Source of the DNA: Fimbriosthenelais zetlandica
Taxonomy: Eukaryota
Direction of reading: 5' to 3'
Length of the DNA: 64,000 bases
NCBI GenBank assembly: GCA_977030845.1
Contig: OZ365116.1
Span: 17,298,001 to 17,362,000, forward strand
Part shown: one piece after another, positions 42,421 to 53,500 of the stretch
How the letters are laid out: the number at the start of each line of letters is the position of its first letter
Numbering within the stretch: position 1 is the stretch's first letter
Program-made: the position numbers and the translations under genes
The notes under the pieces: generated by a model
Seen by the model: only the letters and a program-made list of their open reading frames with translations
The model's database searches: none
What the model was told of the DNA's origin: nothing

Positions 42421-45054
42421 TTCTGCCTTAAATACGTGATTCAAAATGATGTAGAGGGTCGTAAATGTGCTGGCTTTATGGCTGCTTTTAAAATGATTGT
42501 TTACAGGTTTGTTTGTCAGTCAGCTCTCCTCCTGAACGTGGTATAGTTGCTCCTGGAATCCACAGATGGCAGCAGGGGTGTGGAGTTACACATGGCTCAT
42601 CAAGGCTGCCCAGGTTGGTTCTAGGGATTCATTCTATATAGGCCTACATATATATGCACAATCATGAGAAATATAGATCTATGCTACAATTATTACCCCC
42701 TACAAAATGAATTATAATCTCTTCTAAGATTTACGAGTAAAGAATCTGTCCAATCACTCAAAGATAACAGAGATGTTCTGTATATCTTCCGCCCTTCCCC
42801 GTTTTGAGTGATCAGCATTGGTATCTGTTATTTCCCAGGGGAACAATGTGTAATACAGGGGTTAGAGAACCCCAGGGGAAAATCTGATTAGCTCCCCTTG
42901 CCGCGGGGTATTAGATAATGAAATTTCCAATGGACGACTTTGTGATTCGGAATACAAGTGATGAGTAGGGTATCGAACCTTCAGAAGAAACACAATTTCT
43001 TCTTTCTTACTGAATTTTCAATATAATGTAATTAATCTTTACATTCGGTGGCAGGGAGAGGTTAGTTTTCCGTGGGTTTAAAGCTTTTCAAGTGGCATCA
43101 AATGGAGGAAAGGGAAATATGTGATCTATGATGTACGTAGCATGCACGTAAGATGTCTGTAAGAAGATAGATAATCAAAACACAATAACTGCTAGCAGGG
43201 ATGGCATCTTTGGCAGAGTTTCTGATGTTTCTTGTTCATTATATCCCAGGCACAGCATCTGAGGCCAGAAAGCGCTGTGTAGCTCAGTGCATTGCACTGG
43301 GCCTGGAGGCCTGGCTACATACCAAGCCATGTCAGACCTAAACACCCTTACATTTGTCATTCTAACATGTTCATGAGCATGTTTGGCCTACTTTTCTACT
43401 GTTGGGATATTGGGGAGGGTGAGGTGGTAGCGTACAATGCTGGGGCTTTGATGTGTGGGCTTCAGTCAGTAGTGATGTGTCAGCGTCTAGGATTATGTAT
43501 AAGTATTCATTGACGGATATTGAATTTGTCGCCATCTAGCAGTAGGGGTATTAGTCGATTAGCCTCAGATATATGTGTTATCGACTGACCTCCTGTCCCA
43601 GGGTAGGCACTTACAACCAAAGTGGGTACCCATTTTCACAGCGAATGGGTAGCCTATATGTCTAAGGCATGGGTATTAATGGACGATGATCTATCGTATT
43701 TAATCATGACATTAGACCCTTTGATGTGTACCACAGCTATAGTGTCATAATCATAAATGATGTTTAGTTTTGACACTATGGTAACTCCCCTTGGCACATT
43801 GCTGACAATATCAGAAATGAGGTCATATAACCAATTGTTGCTCCACTTAGGAATTGTAAAAGATTTAAATCATTGATTACCCTGACAGCGGGATGCTAAA
43901 ATCTGGGCTAATGGAGTAGTAAATCCTACTATTGCATGTGTGGAAGATCTCAGGCCCGTGATTTGAGGGTCACATGTCAGATAAGCGATAGTAGAAGTAT
44001 TAGCCATGGTCTATTTGAGGCTTTATTCCACGTAGATATAGGTCAGGGCAATAGGCACTCAATGGCCGGAAGTAATGTCCCTTGTGATCATATCTGGTGG
44101 TGTTTCCAGAGACATAAAGATGTCCCATTTTGATATATAGTAAGTTGCCTATAGGATAGACATGAGGGGTATATGTATGCTCAACCTCCCAAACAGTGTT
44201 GGGATTAGGTGCTTGTGTGATTCTTACAGAAGATTCCAATAGCTTCATTCAGGACATGGCCCTGCACTAATACCACCAATGGTTACATTAAAGAGTGCTA
44301 AAACCCCTTTGCTCCAGTATCCGTAAGGCGCTGACACCATTAAGGTACCGGTGAATATTCACTTTCACCGGCGGATTAGTGTACCTCATAACACGGCCAT
44401 GAATTTCATTTTTCCCTTGCGCTCTGTACATAGATGGCTAAGAGTTGGCTAATGTGTTAGGCTGTCAACTTTTTTACAATCTGACCAACTATGGGGAAGA
44501 ATACAAAGCTTTGTGCACAGTACATGGCAGTTTATGGGGAATATAAGTCCATGGTTTACAGGCCCATCGATTGGTATTCATCATGCTTTGACTTGAGGGC
44601 AATACTGGATTAAAGACTGGTGTTATACCCCTGGAGGGATGCTGGGAGGAATGTTAAAAAAGCTTCTGTATACAAGGTACATTCATCTAGTTGATGAACA
44701 CTTGTTTAGTTGGCTTTGGCAAACCTGTTGTGTGCGCTAGGAACACAGTGGTCTGTCTATTGCATCAAGGAACTCGTACATGGGTAAATAGGGGCGGGTC
44801 TCAATTTCTGGCCAGTGGTGGCCTGGCTGCCAGGTTCAAGCCAATCTAAATACGAGGGCCCTCTCTCATGAATACACTTCCTTATCGAAAAACAGAAAAA
44901 CGTGTGGTAAAGGTTCGATTAAAAATCAAATGAATGGCAATACGATATATCGGGACCTTCCCCTTTGGGAATTAATTTAATTCCAACACCTATGTAGCAG
45001 CACATGGAATACAGCCATTGACTGATAAGAGGAACTGGATAAACGGCGTCCCTT

Positions 45055-45756
45055 TTTGTTTCAATGCACGATCCATTGCTTGACTAGTCCCTAGGAGGAT
45101 GTCTTAAACTAGTTGAGGGTGGAACAGTCCCTTATCAGATCCCAGCTATAGTGGCGGGCTCGAAACGACCCAACCTCCTGTTGGCAATTGCAACCAACAC
45201 ATGAATTACCCATAATCCTGTGGGCCAGAAGTGTCAGCGCATCCTCGGGGCCACTTCCTGGTGAATTTCCTCTTCCCGCAAGTAGGATATCCTTGGCCTA
45301 TTGTAACTGAAGTGTCCAAACAATTTTCAGTACAATAGGTTGAAATATGAAGGAAGCGATCATGCTGCTTTACTAGAAAGCTTTAATACCTTGTTGGCAG
45401 AAAACATCACATCTTTCCAATGGAAAGAAAAACAATTCTAACGACTGGAACAAAACATCCATCTTACTAAAAATCTGTTTGAAAAATGAGGTCTCAAGAG
45501 AGGAGGACCGAGGGCACCAAGAGATGGATAATAGATGTAGAGCGGGGTCATAGGTGGGGACGTCAGCTTGTAAAGTCTTAGTGATATGTGGCATTATTCA
45601 GTTTTTGCTTCCAGTTTTCTGAATGCTTGCCCCATGACCACGCGTTCTACTGCCAGACCCCATGATCAGCCATGCCCCTCATACTCGCATCGTTTGCATG
45701 AATTCAGCATTCATGTGAGCACATTCATGGCCTTGTATTCAAGGTTATGTTCCGGT
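45055..45756 (+). repeat. Direct repeat, copy 1 (702 bp)
   Basis: Aligns end to end with 46803-47555. About 15 substitutions, a 1-bp indel, and it lacks 52 bp that are present in copy 2 (47162-47213). Confidence 0.97.
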
Positions 45757-45982
45757 CAAATCACCCTAAAATTGTACATTATTATAATAAGTAATTTTAA
45801 TTTTCCCATGTCGATATGACACCATGTCTCCAAACAGGAGTTGTTAGTTCTTTACACAAACTTGAAAGTAGATTATTATACAACTAGCATATCCCTCGCA
45901 ATAGCATATGTTCCTAACATGACGCACAGTTTCAAAGCCTCTTTAAGACATGTTCTACTCAACTCCCAATTTGTTTGTCCAA

Positions 45983-46085
45983 AGCGTCAATCATGAAATG
46001 ACGCTACGTGATTGGATGACCTCAAAAGCTAGGAGGCGTGGCCAAGTTTAGGCGCAGGAGCCCCCTTGAATAAAAGGCGGGAAAA
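45983..46085 (+). promoter_or_regulatory. Promoter-like motif cluster upstream of the CpG-rich tandem repeat
   Basis: Inverted agcgtca/tgacgct pair (45983-46005; CRE-like TGACG half-sites), ATTGG (reverse CCAAT) at 46011, AGGCGTGGCC GC-box-like at 46034, AATAAAA at 46069. Motif inspection only. Confidence 0.3.
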
Positions 46086-46130
46086 CTAACGGACCCTGGG
46101 GAGCAGACTTTGAGTGACAGGTGGCTGAGT

Positions 46131-46345
46131 GGGAAGAGATCGCTGGCGGCGACGCATCCTGGATACGCGTCGTCAACCTTAGCAACGCTAACGACGTAAC
46201 GTCGTGTCAAGTGGTGGGAGCGGAGAGGACCGTGGGAAAGATCGCTGGGTCGGGGGCGCATCCTGGATACGCGTCGTCAACGCTTAGCAACGCTAGCGAC
46301 GTAACGTCGTCGTGTAAAGTGGTCGCGGTGGAGAGGACCGTGGAA
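46131..46345 (+). repeat. CpG-rich tandem repeat, two diverged units of ~105-110 bp, each with three interrupted palindromes
   Basis: Units start gggaagagatcgctgg (46131) and gggaaagatcgctgg (46234). Both contain gcatcctggatacgcgtcgtcaac, ttagcaacgct, cgacgtaacgtcgt and ggagaggaccgtgg. Confidence 0.92.
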
Positions 46346-46802
46346 ATGAAGTGTTCACTCAACTTTCCCACCAGATGTGACAATTGGCCCCTATATATCA
46401 AAAGGCATTGGATAGCCAATTAGAAAGGCTAGTTACTAACTTTATCTGGTCCCTTTAAGAGATTGTTTTCCAGACATGACACTTGAGTTGGAGAATGATA
46501 TATCAACTTTGATAGACTTGAAGCCTGATTAGAATGACTCGCTAGAAACAACATAAAGTTGGTGCCTTTAAGAGAATCTGATGATATGCCCGAGATGCCA
46601 CTTCTTACCCTATCACTCCCCAATTATTGACATAACTCAGACTTGATCATCTCCTCATGTACCTGAGCAGTCATAATTTTATTATTTAAACATTTGAACA
46701 GCATAATTGTACTTTAACCACTTTTCTAATTAAACACCTTTAACGAATTATACATTATGCAAATGGCCTTCCACATGACGCGTTAGCGTCTAGAGATTCT
46801 AG

Positions 46803-47555
46803 TTTGTTTCAATGCACGATCCATTGCTTGACTAGTCCCTAGGAAGATGTCTTAAACTAGTTGAGGGTGGAACAGTCCCTTATCAGATCCCAGCTATAGT
46901 GGCGGGCTCGAAACGACCCAACCTCCTGTTGGCAATTGCAACCAACACATGAATTACCCATAATCCTGTGGGCCAGAAGTGTCAGCGCATCCTCGGGGCC
47001 ACTTCCTGGTGAATTTCCTCTTCCCACAAGGAGGATATCCTTGGCCTGTTGTGACTGAAGTGTCCAAACAAGTTTCAGTACAATAGGTTGAAATATGAAG
47101 GAAGCGATCATGCTGCTTTGCTATAAAGCTTTAATACCTTGTTGGCAGAAAACATCCCATCCCTATATCCCATCCCTAAGTCCTGGAAACATTAGATGTG
47201 TAGAAATGATGGTTTTCCAATGGAAAGAAAAACAATTCTAAAGACTGGAACAAAACATCCATCTTACTAAAAATCTGTTGAAAAATGAGGTCTCAAGAGA
47301 GGCGGACCGAGGGCACCAAGAGATGGATAATAGATGTAGAGCGGGGTCATAGGTGGGGACGTCAGCTTGTAAAGTCTTAGTGATATGTGACATTATTCAG
47401 TTTTTGCTTCCAGTTTTCTGAATGCTTGCCCCATGACCACGCGTTCTACTGCCAGACCCCATGATCAGCCATGCCCCTCAGACTCACATCGTTTGCATGA
47501 ATTCAGCATTCATGTGAGCACATTCATGGCCTTGTATTCAAGGTTATGTTCCGGT
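46803..47555 (+). repeat. Direct repeat, copy 2 (753 bp)
   Basis: Near-identical to 45055-45756; the ORF track shows the shared peptide MTTRSTARPHDQPCPS in both copies. Confidence 0.97.
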
Positions 47556-50500
47556 AGAGGTAGAGCCCCCAGGCACTCTACAAATCACACCAACTGCTCA
47601 CACCAGTCATGCTTCCCCCATCACCCAGGTCACCAATGTAATCTCTGGTCACCTGAGAGGATGTGAAGCAGCCAAAAAACAGCACAATCTATGGTAAAAA
47701 CAAACATACTATATGTTGTGAAGGATACGGCAGAGTTCAGGAAAATACAGAATATAACTGCACAAATTATCTTTACAGAACCGTGGAAGTGGAAGTAAGA
47801 ACCAGTTGTAAATACTTGACTGGGTGCCCACTCCATAACGGTACACTAAACCATCTTAGAAGTGCTCTTCTTCTCTTCATACAGTTAATTAGCTTTCCTT
47901 AGAGAAAGATCAAGAACTGGCTAAAAATAAATTGGATCCTTATCTCAATCTCGAGACTTGAGGAAGTGTGCTAATAACTTTACCGCCTAGCATTCTGAAT
48001 TTCAGATATCATCAGTAACTTCATTTACTAAAGGAATCCCCGGACTCCTCTGGCTGCAGACAAAAAACTGGAGTCTGGTTATTAGGGCTTACATAAAACA
48101 CCAGTCAGTGCAGTGTGAGAGGAGGGGTAGGGCTTATTTGTGGTAAAATATAAGATGTGTGTGGTAGATGAGAGCGGTTCTGTGTAAATGATTCAGGTAA
48201 TATGACACATTGCCAATAGAAGCGAGCAATAATTGATGTGGACGGTCAATCCCAGACTCTGAAGGCAGTGAATCTCAGACTGGTTGACATGGGAGATCAG
48301 GAAATTGGTATTTGGCTGCAGGAGGCCGGGCAGGCAAAACAGAAATCACACCAAATCAATAAGACGGTAATAATTACGATGTAGAGGCCTGGGGTTGGTG
48401 GTAAGTGATAACGGGTTTATTGATACCACTGGGGCTGGGACTAGAGGACACAGCTGCCGTCTAGAGTTGTGTTGGCTTACTAGGAGAAGGCACCATCCTT
48501 TGCCAATGTTCCTGCAGCCATGGTCTTCATTGTCTTCAAATGATAAGTACAAAGGACATGACTATAGATGAAGCTTCGTAGAGGAGGTATATGTACATGG
48601 GCTACAATCTTACTTTTCAAACTTCAGTAAATCCTGCTGAAACGCCTTCTCAAGCAACTTCCGGTTGTACTTTTCACCTATTTTCGCTCTTGTCGGTGGA
48701 ATTGAAATTGCCCCTAGCAGAGAATAGCGTAGGTGCTCAAACGCAGCAAAAAGCACGGCCATTCAAAGCTTATCGGATATATCACAATTTGAAGCCAATA
48801 CCCCCATAAAAGCTGGTATTAAGAGTACAAAATCCTGAAGTAAGTGGGGCATTTATGTCACATAAAGTACAACTAGTGCAGACACAGTTCATTACAAATG
48901 ATCCATAAATCACATACAGCCATAACTGTGCCGTATGGGAAAGTAGCCCAACTGAAAGGCTAGATAGGGAGGAGATCAGTAAGGCATTTGACTATGGTAA
49001 TGCGCCTTGAACAAGGGCATGGCAAGGCTGACCATTTCCATACATTGCCTCTACCTCCCTTCCCCCATCCTGATCCATCCTTATCTCCTCCCCAACATCT
49101 GGATCCTCCCAATATCCACTATCTCAGCGTTTTCTCCAAATAATTCCTTTCATCTGGGATAGCAACCTGGTTGACATACGACCTCTTATCCTTCCGAGGA
49201 GCCCGCATCTATTTCCTTTATTAAATTTCACTGATACCAAGCTCCCCTGTCCACGCCTTCCACTACTGTCACTTGTCAATATATAGATAAGCTGTCAGAA
49301 AATGCAGGTTGAATGTTTCCAGTCTCTCTCCTTCATACCCTCCTGATGTCAAATGTAATTTTGTCCGAGAAGCCATCTGAGATATTGTCATGGTCAGGGT
49401 ACATTTCTAGGGTAAATCACTCATCTAACATGCAGCAATGAAGGGGAATTATGATAATAGGCTACCTGCCTTCTTCCACAAACAAATTTCCCTTTCCTTC
49501 ATCACAGTATTGACAGTGCCCTGCTAGAAATTTTGAAAAATTCTTATCACCTGATGACCTAAAGGATTCCAACAGACCTTTCTTTTCATATATAGGGAAG
49601 GATCAGCCTACCCCATTGCTAACAGGTCTTGTAAAATTATTTGCTACTTTGATGTATTGGTCACGAAACTGTCATGAGAAAAATGACAGGAAAAATAGCT
49701 CTCTATGCAAGTGCTAACACAGCACAATCTTTATTAGAGGAGGTCAGTCCATAGTCTGCTCAAAGGCAATGGGAAGAAGACATAAAATGGTGCAGGCGGC
49801 ATGAAGTAAATACAATCTCCTATTCTATGGAGAATAGAAATGGAGGTTGGAGGGGCGCTAAGTAGATAAATGCAGACATTATATTGGCCTGAGTGCTAGA
49901 CATAGCCACCTGCATACCTGCACCTCCTGTTGGTTTCAGATGGGGCAGCTCCTCAGGGGACCTGTCGCTGTAGAATTAAATAATCCTGCTCAACAGGGCA
50001 GGCAAATTCTGCAGGATTAGAACAATGCTTCAGGCAGGGGAGACATCCACATATTGTTTAATACTGAAAGGTATTCATCAACTATATTTTGTATTGATGT
50101 ATATTTTCTTAGATTATGTCAAATGTACAGATGATAATTGACATATAAACTAGTAAATAATGTCGTAGATCAGTCAGCTTCTGATCACCGGGTCTCTATA
50201 TTCACCACTCAAACATCACAATGTTAGATAACATCAGAATATTGATCCCCTTGCTCTCACGCTGCCTGGTATAATTTAAGCAGAACAGAACAGAGGTGGG
50301 AGAATTGTGATGCAAAACCTATTTTAAAAACATTGGGCAGTAAGGAAGTGGAAAATAAAGGCAAAGCAGATTATAGAAATGAAAAGCTCATTTAAAATCT
50401 GCTGGGGTTTTTAGAGTGATATCCTTATCGATATTCCTTGACAGATTCTCATCAGGCTTGTCCTAAAACTGACCTTGTATAGGACTTAAGGTTGCCACAC

Positions 50501-53500
50501 CCTGAGCCTTGTATCTACTTATTAATGGCACATCTCATCGTCTCTGACGACTCAAAACCGTATATGGAAATGAGGGTCAGATTGTACAGGCGATTTATTC
50601 ATCAATACCTAACCAGGACCAGGCCTTCTCACTTAGAAAGGTCAGGTTAACACGCCGTCCTGGTCTGCCACACAGCGTCTTGGAAAACATTGGCTTCTAC
50701 TGTGGAAGCATTCACCCTTCTACGCATTATTAGTCTAATTTCCCTGGCCTAGTCCCTGTTCTGGCAGAAAATGTTTAGTATGTACAGGGCATAAGTCCAT
50801 TATATGGTGGTATATAGAAGGAGCCAGAGATAATGGCGAACTGCCAGGGAACTGGCCTTAAAACCACAGCTTCCTTATATAAGCTTCTGTAACTAGTCTC
50901 ACATAATTGTTCTTCACTGGATCCAGAGTCAACAGCAGCATACCAACAAAAACCATAGTGTCTAATTATGGTTTTGACGGGTGTGTAAGCCTGGAAGCGG
51001 CTTATGATAAAAACACCAGTAATAAATCTCGATTTCTTCAGGCCCGGGTATGCACGGTGAAGGACATAAAATGACCTGAAGCCGAGGCTACATCAGGAAG
51101 AATAATCTGGCAAGTAAAGTGAACTAACAATGTGGACAGCAGCTTCTACAGCAGCCGTTGTTTTTTCCCTATGGCTGCAATAAATTGTGCAATTCGCCAT
51201 CTGAAACCCTAAAAGTGCCTGATGGCATATCAAATTAATCTCAGAGGAAACCTGGTAATTAAGCAATTAACCCTAATAAACGATGGCTAAATTGGGACTA
51301 TTTCGTAACATGGAACATAAGGATTGCATAAAGATCCCATCTTCCAGTATTAATGATCATTTGAAATTCTCATCAACGAGATTTATTTGATCCTGTGAAC
51401 TGCCATTGTCCTTGACACATGCATCATGATTGGGCTGTTTGATGCTGCGTCAATAAAATTCATCCTTCACTGCTCAATCCACACATACTAATATAGAGTA
51501 GTGAGCATGATTAGAGGGCAGAACAATTGTTACCATGGTGAAATGGTGGATCAGAGCTTCTGACGGAGAGAGATCAGACAACCCATTAACGTGCAGGAGA
51601 AAGCGAGAACCTTCTTAACACCTCCAGGCTAGACCCGCATCCCGTAAAATCCACCAGAAAGCCTTTACAGAACAACAACGAGGGAAAAAATCCACACCCT
51701 GCAACTTATATCAGTTAAAATCAGCTCTTGGAAACACTGAACGAGAGATGAAATTACCTCAAAATGCAATTCTTATTGAAAAAAATGAGTGTTTCACATC
51801 CAGTTTTCCTCAGTTGGGAGGAGAAGAATTTAAATTTCCATGAAGGGCGCGATAAGTGTTTCTTAATGTAGAGATAAACAAGATCTTGTGGCATTAGTTT
51901 CCTGAAAAGGAGACAAATGGAGGCGGAGCAAGAAAGTGCTGACAAAGCAATTGATCTTCAACATTCTCAACATTCTTCAGGCCCTGCTGTTTATCAGCGT
52001 CAGATTAAGAAGGACTCAGCCTACCTTGGTTCATGTCAAGAAAAACGTACGTACCTGAAAAGAGAGAAAAAAGTCTTAATATACAATTTAACAATTCCAT
52101 CTTATTGCACACTATAACCAGATTTATCAGGCGATAACAGCATGTTTATTACTCATTTCAAAGTAAATATTACATTTTCTTTAATCCCATATGTATACAA
52201 AACATTAATTTATTGACAGTGTAACGGTAGAGAGGGTGGTATCTGAATAATCGTTCCGCTTGCATGATACCCGCTCCTTGAAGCCGCCATTCTCTTATCC
52301 AGTAAAACTTCTACCAGTACATGAGTGGATGCCAGAGGCCCACAAATCACAGGTCTCCAAGCCAGAAAACAAACAGGTTTTACAGCACCACAAACATCCC
52401 AGGTGCAGAACGAAATTCCAAACACGCACCTTCATACAAAATCCTGTAATAGGTGCGAGACTGGTTTAGGGGCCCACTTATAAGGTGTAAGGGAAAGGAG
52501 TGAAAGGTTCTGATACTAAACAAATTGAACATACAATGTATCCATTAACCCAGCACACTGATGGGTTCGAATCTGATCTTCTTTTTCTAAATTCTCCTAT
52601 GTATGTAAGGCTTTTGCTTCATTAGACTTGGAACCTGGGTTCCCCGCAGTTTCTCGGTCAAGCTGTATAAGGGTTTTCTGTCAAGGGAGTCGTGGATCAC
52701 ATTGGTGAATGTATATAACCTTGATTTGGTCTCTCCCCCGGCACCACGGTAGGCAGGCCTCTATGAGACCTTATCATTCATACGTTACCGTCTTTCTGAC
52801 CTTCGTCGGATGTTGGGATCAGCTCAACAGGAAATGGTCAATAGGCAATTTCAAGCGGCTAGAGTTTCACTTTGGTGCTACTTTGACATTTTCAGTTCCA
52901 ATGGGCAGCATCTAAAATGACTTCGAGCTGTCTGTAATTTGATCAACAATCCCTCTTTTAAAATCTGGATGTCATCTCTGTATGTTTCCTTTATGTTCAA
53001 TTTATTATAAAATCCTTTCTAAGGGTGGGCTAGCATTTATTTGATATATTGCTGCCCTGCGTATAGAATAGAATCAGCAAATGGGAAAGACTTGGAGCCA
53101 GACAGAAGCATGGAGATTTAACTATGTGACAGAAAGCTGTTAGTGAGATGGATGGTTTATGTCCAATTGCTGGTGATGATATGCCGTGAATGCACATTGT
53201 CACAGGACGAGTTTGGTGGCCGGTGAGTGATGTGTGTATGTACACACTACTGGTGGCCTGTGAACATTGTGGTCCATTTCCTCTAACAGACAGTGCCATC
53301 TCCCCAGTGGCACATAACATGAACCAATATACCAGCATCCATGCATGCAGGATCAACATCACTCCTACTTACACCCAGCTAACGACTGCTCCATCCTTCC
53401 ACCTATCTCTCCACCATGGCATGAGATTTCATAAGCACCTTTAATTATCTTACTGTGTCTGCACCAACGGCGTTGGCATATTGTGAGTGTGCATAGAGAA

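Larger units (their letters stand above)
45756..46802 (+). mobile_element. Candidate non-autonomous Helitron-like insert (~1.05 kb)
   Basis: Starts TC (45756-45757, TCAAATCACC...) with an AT-rich 5' part. Ends with a gacgc-gtta-gcgtc hairpin (46777-46790) and CTAG at 46799-46802, followed by T. Contains an internal tandem repeat. No TIRs, short TSD or Rep/helicase ORF. The end signature follows the established Helitron 5'-TC...hairpin...CTRR-3' pattern; the motifs are short and could be chance. Confidence 0.5.

Noticed and set aside
46131-46345. CRISPR array
   Set aside because: Only two long units with no unique spacers, no cas genes, and a eukaryote-like context.
45055-47555. LTR retrotransposon or TRIM with 700-bp LTRs
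   Set aside because: Repeats lack TG...CA ends, there is no flanking short TSD, no PBS or PPT was seen, and the repeat sequence appears continuous with both outer flanks.
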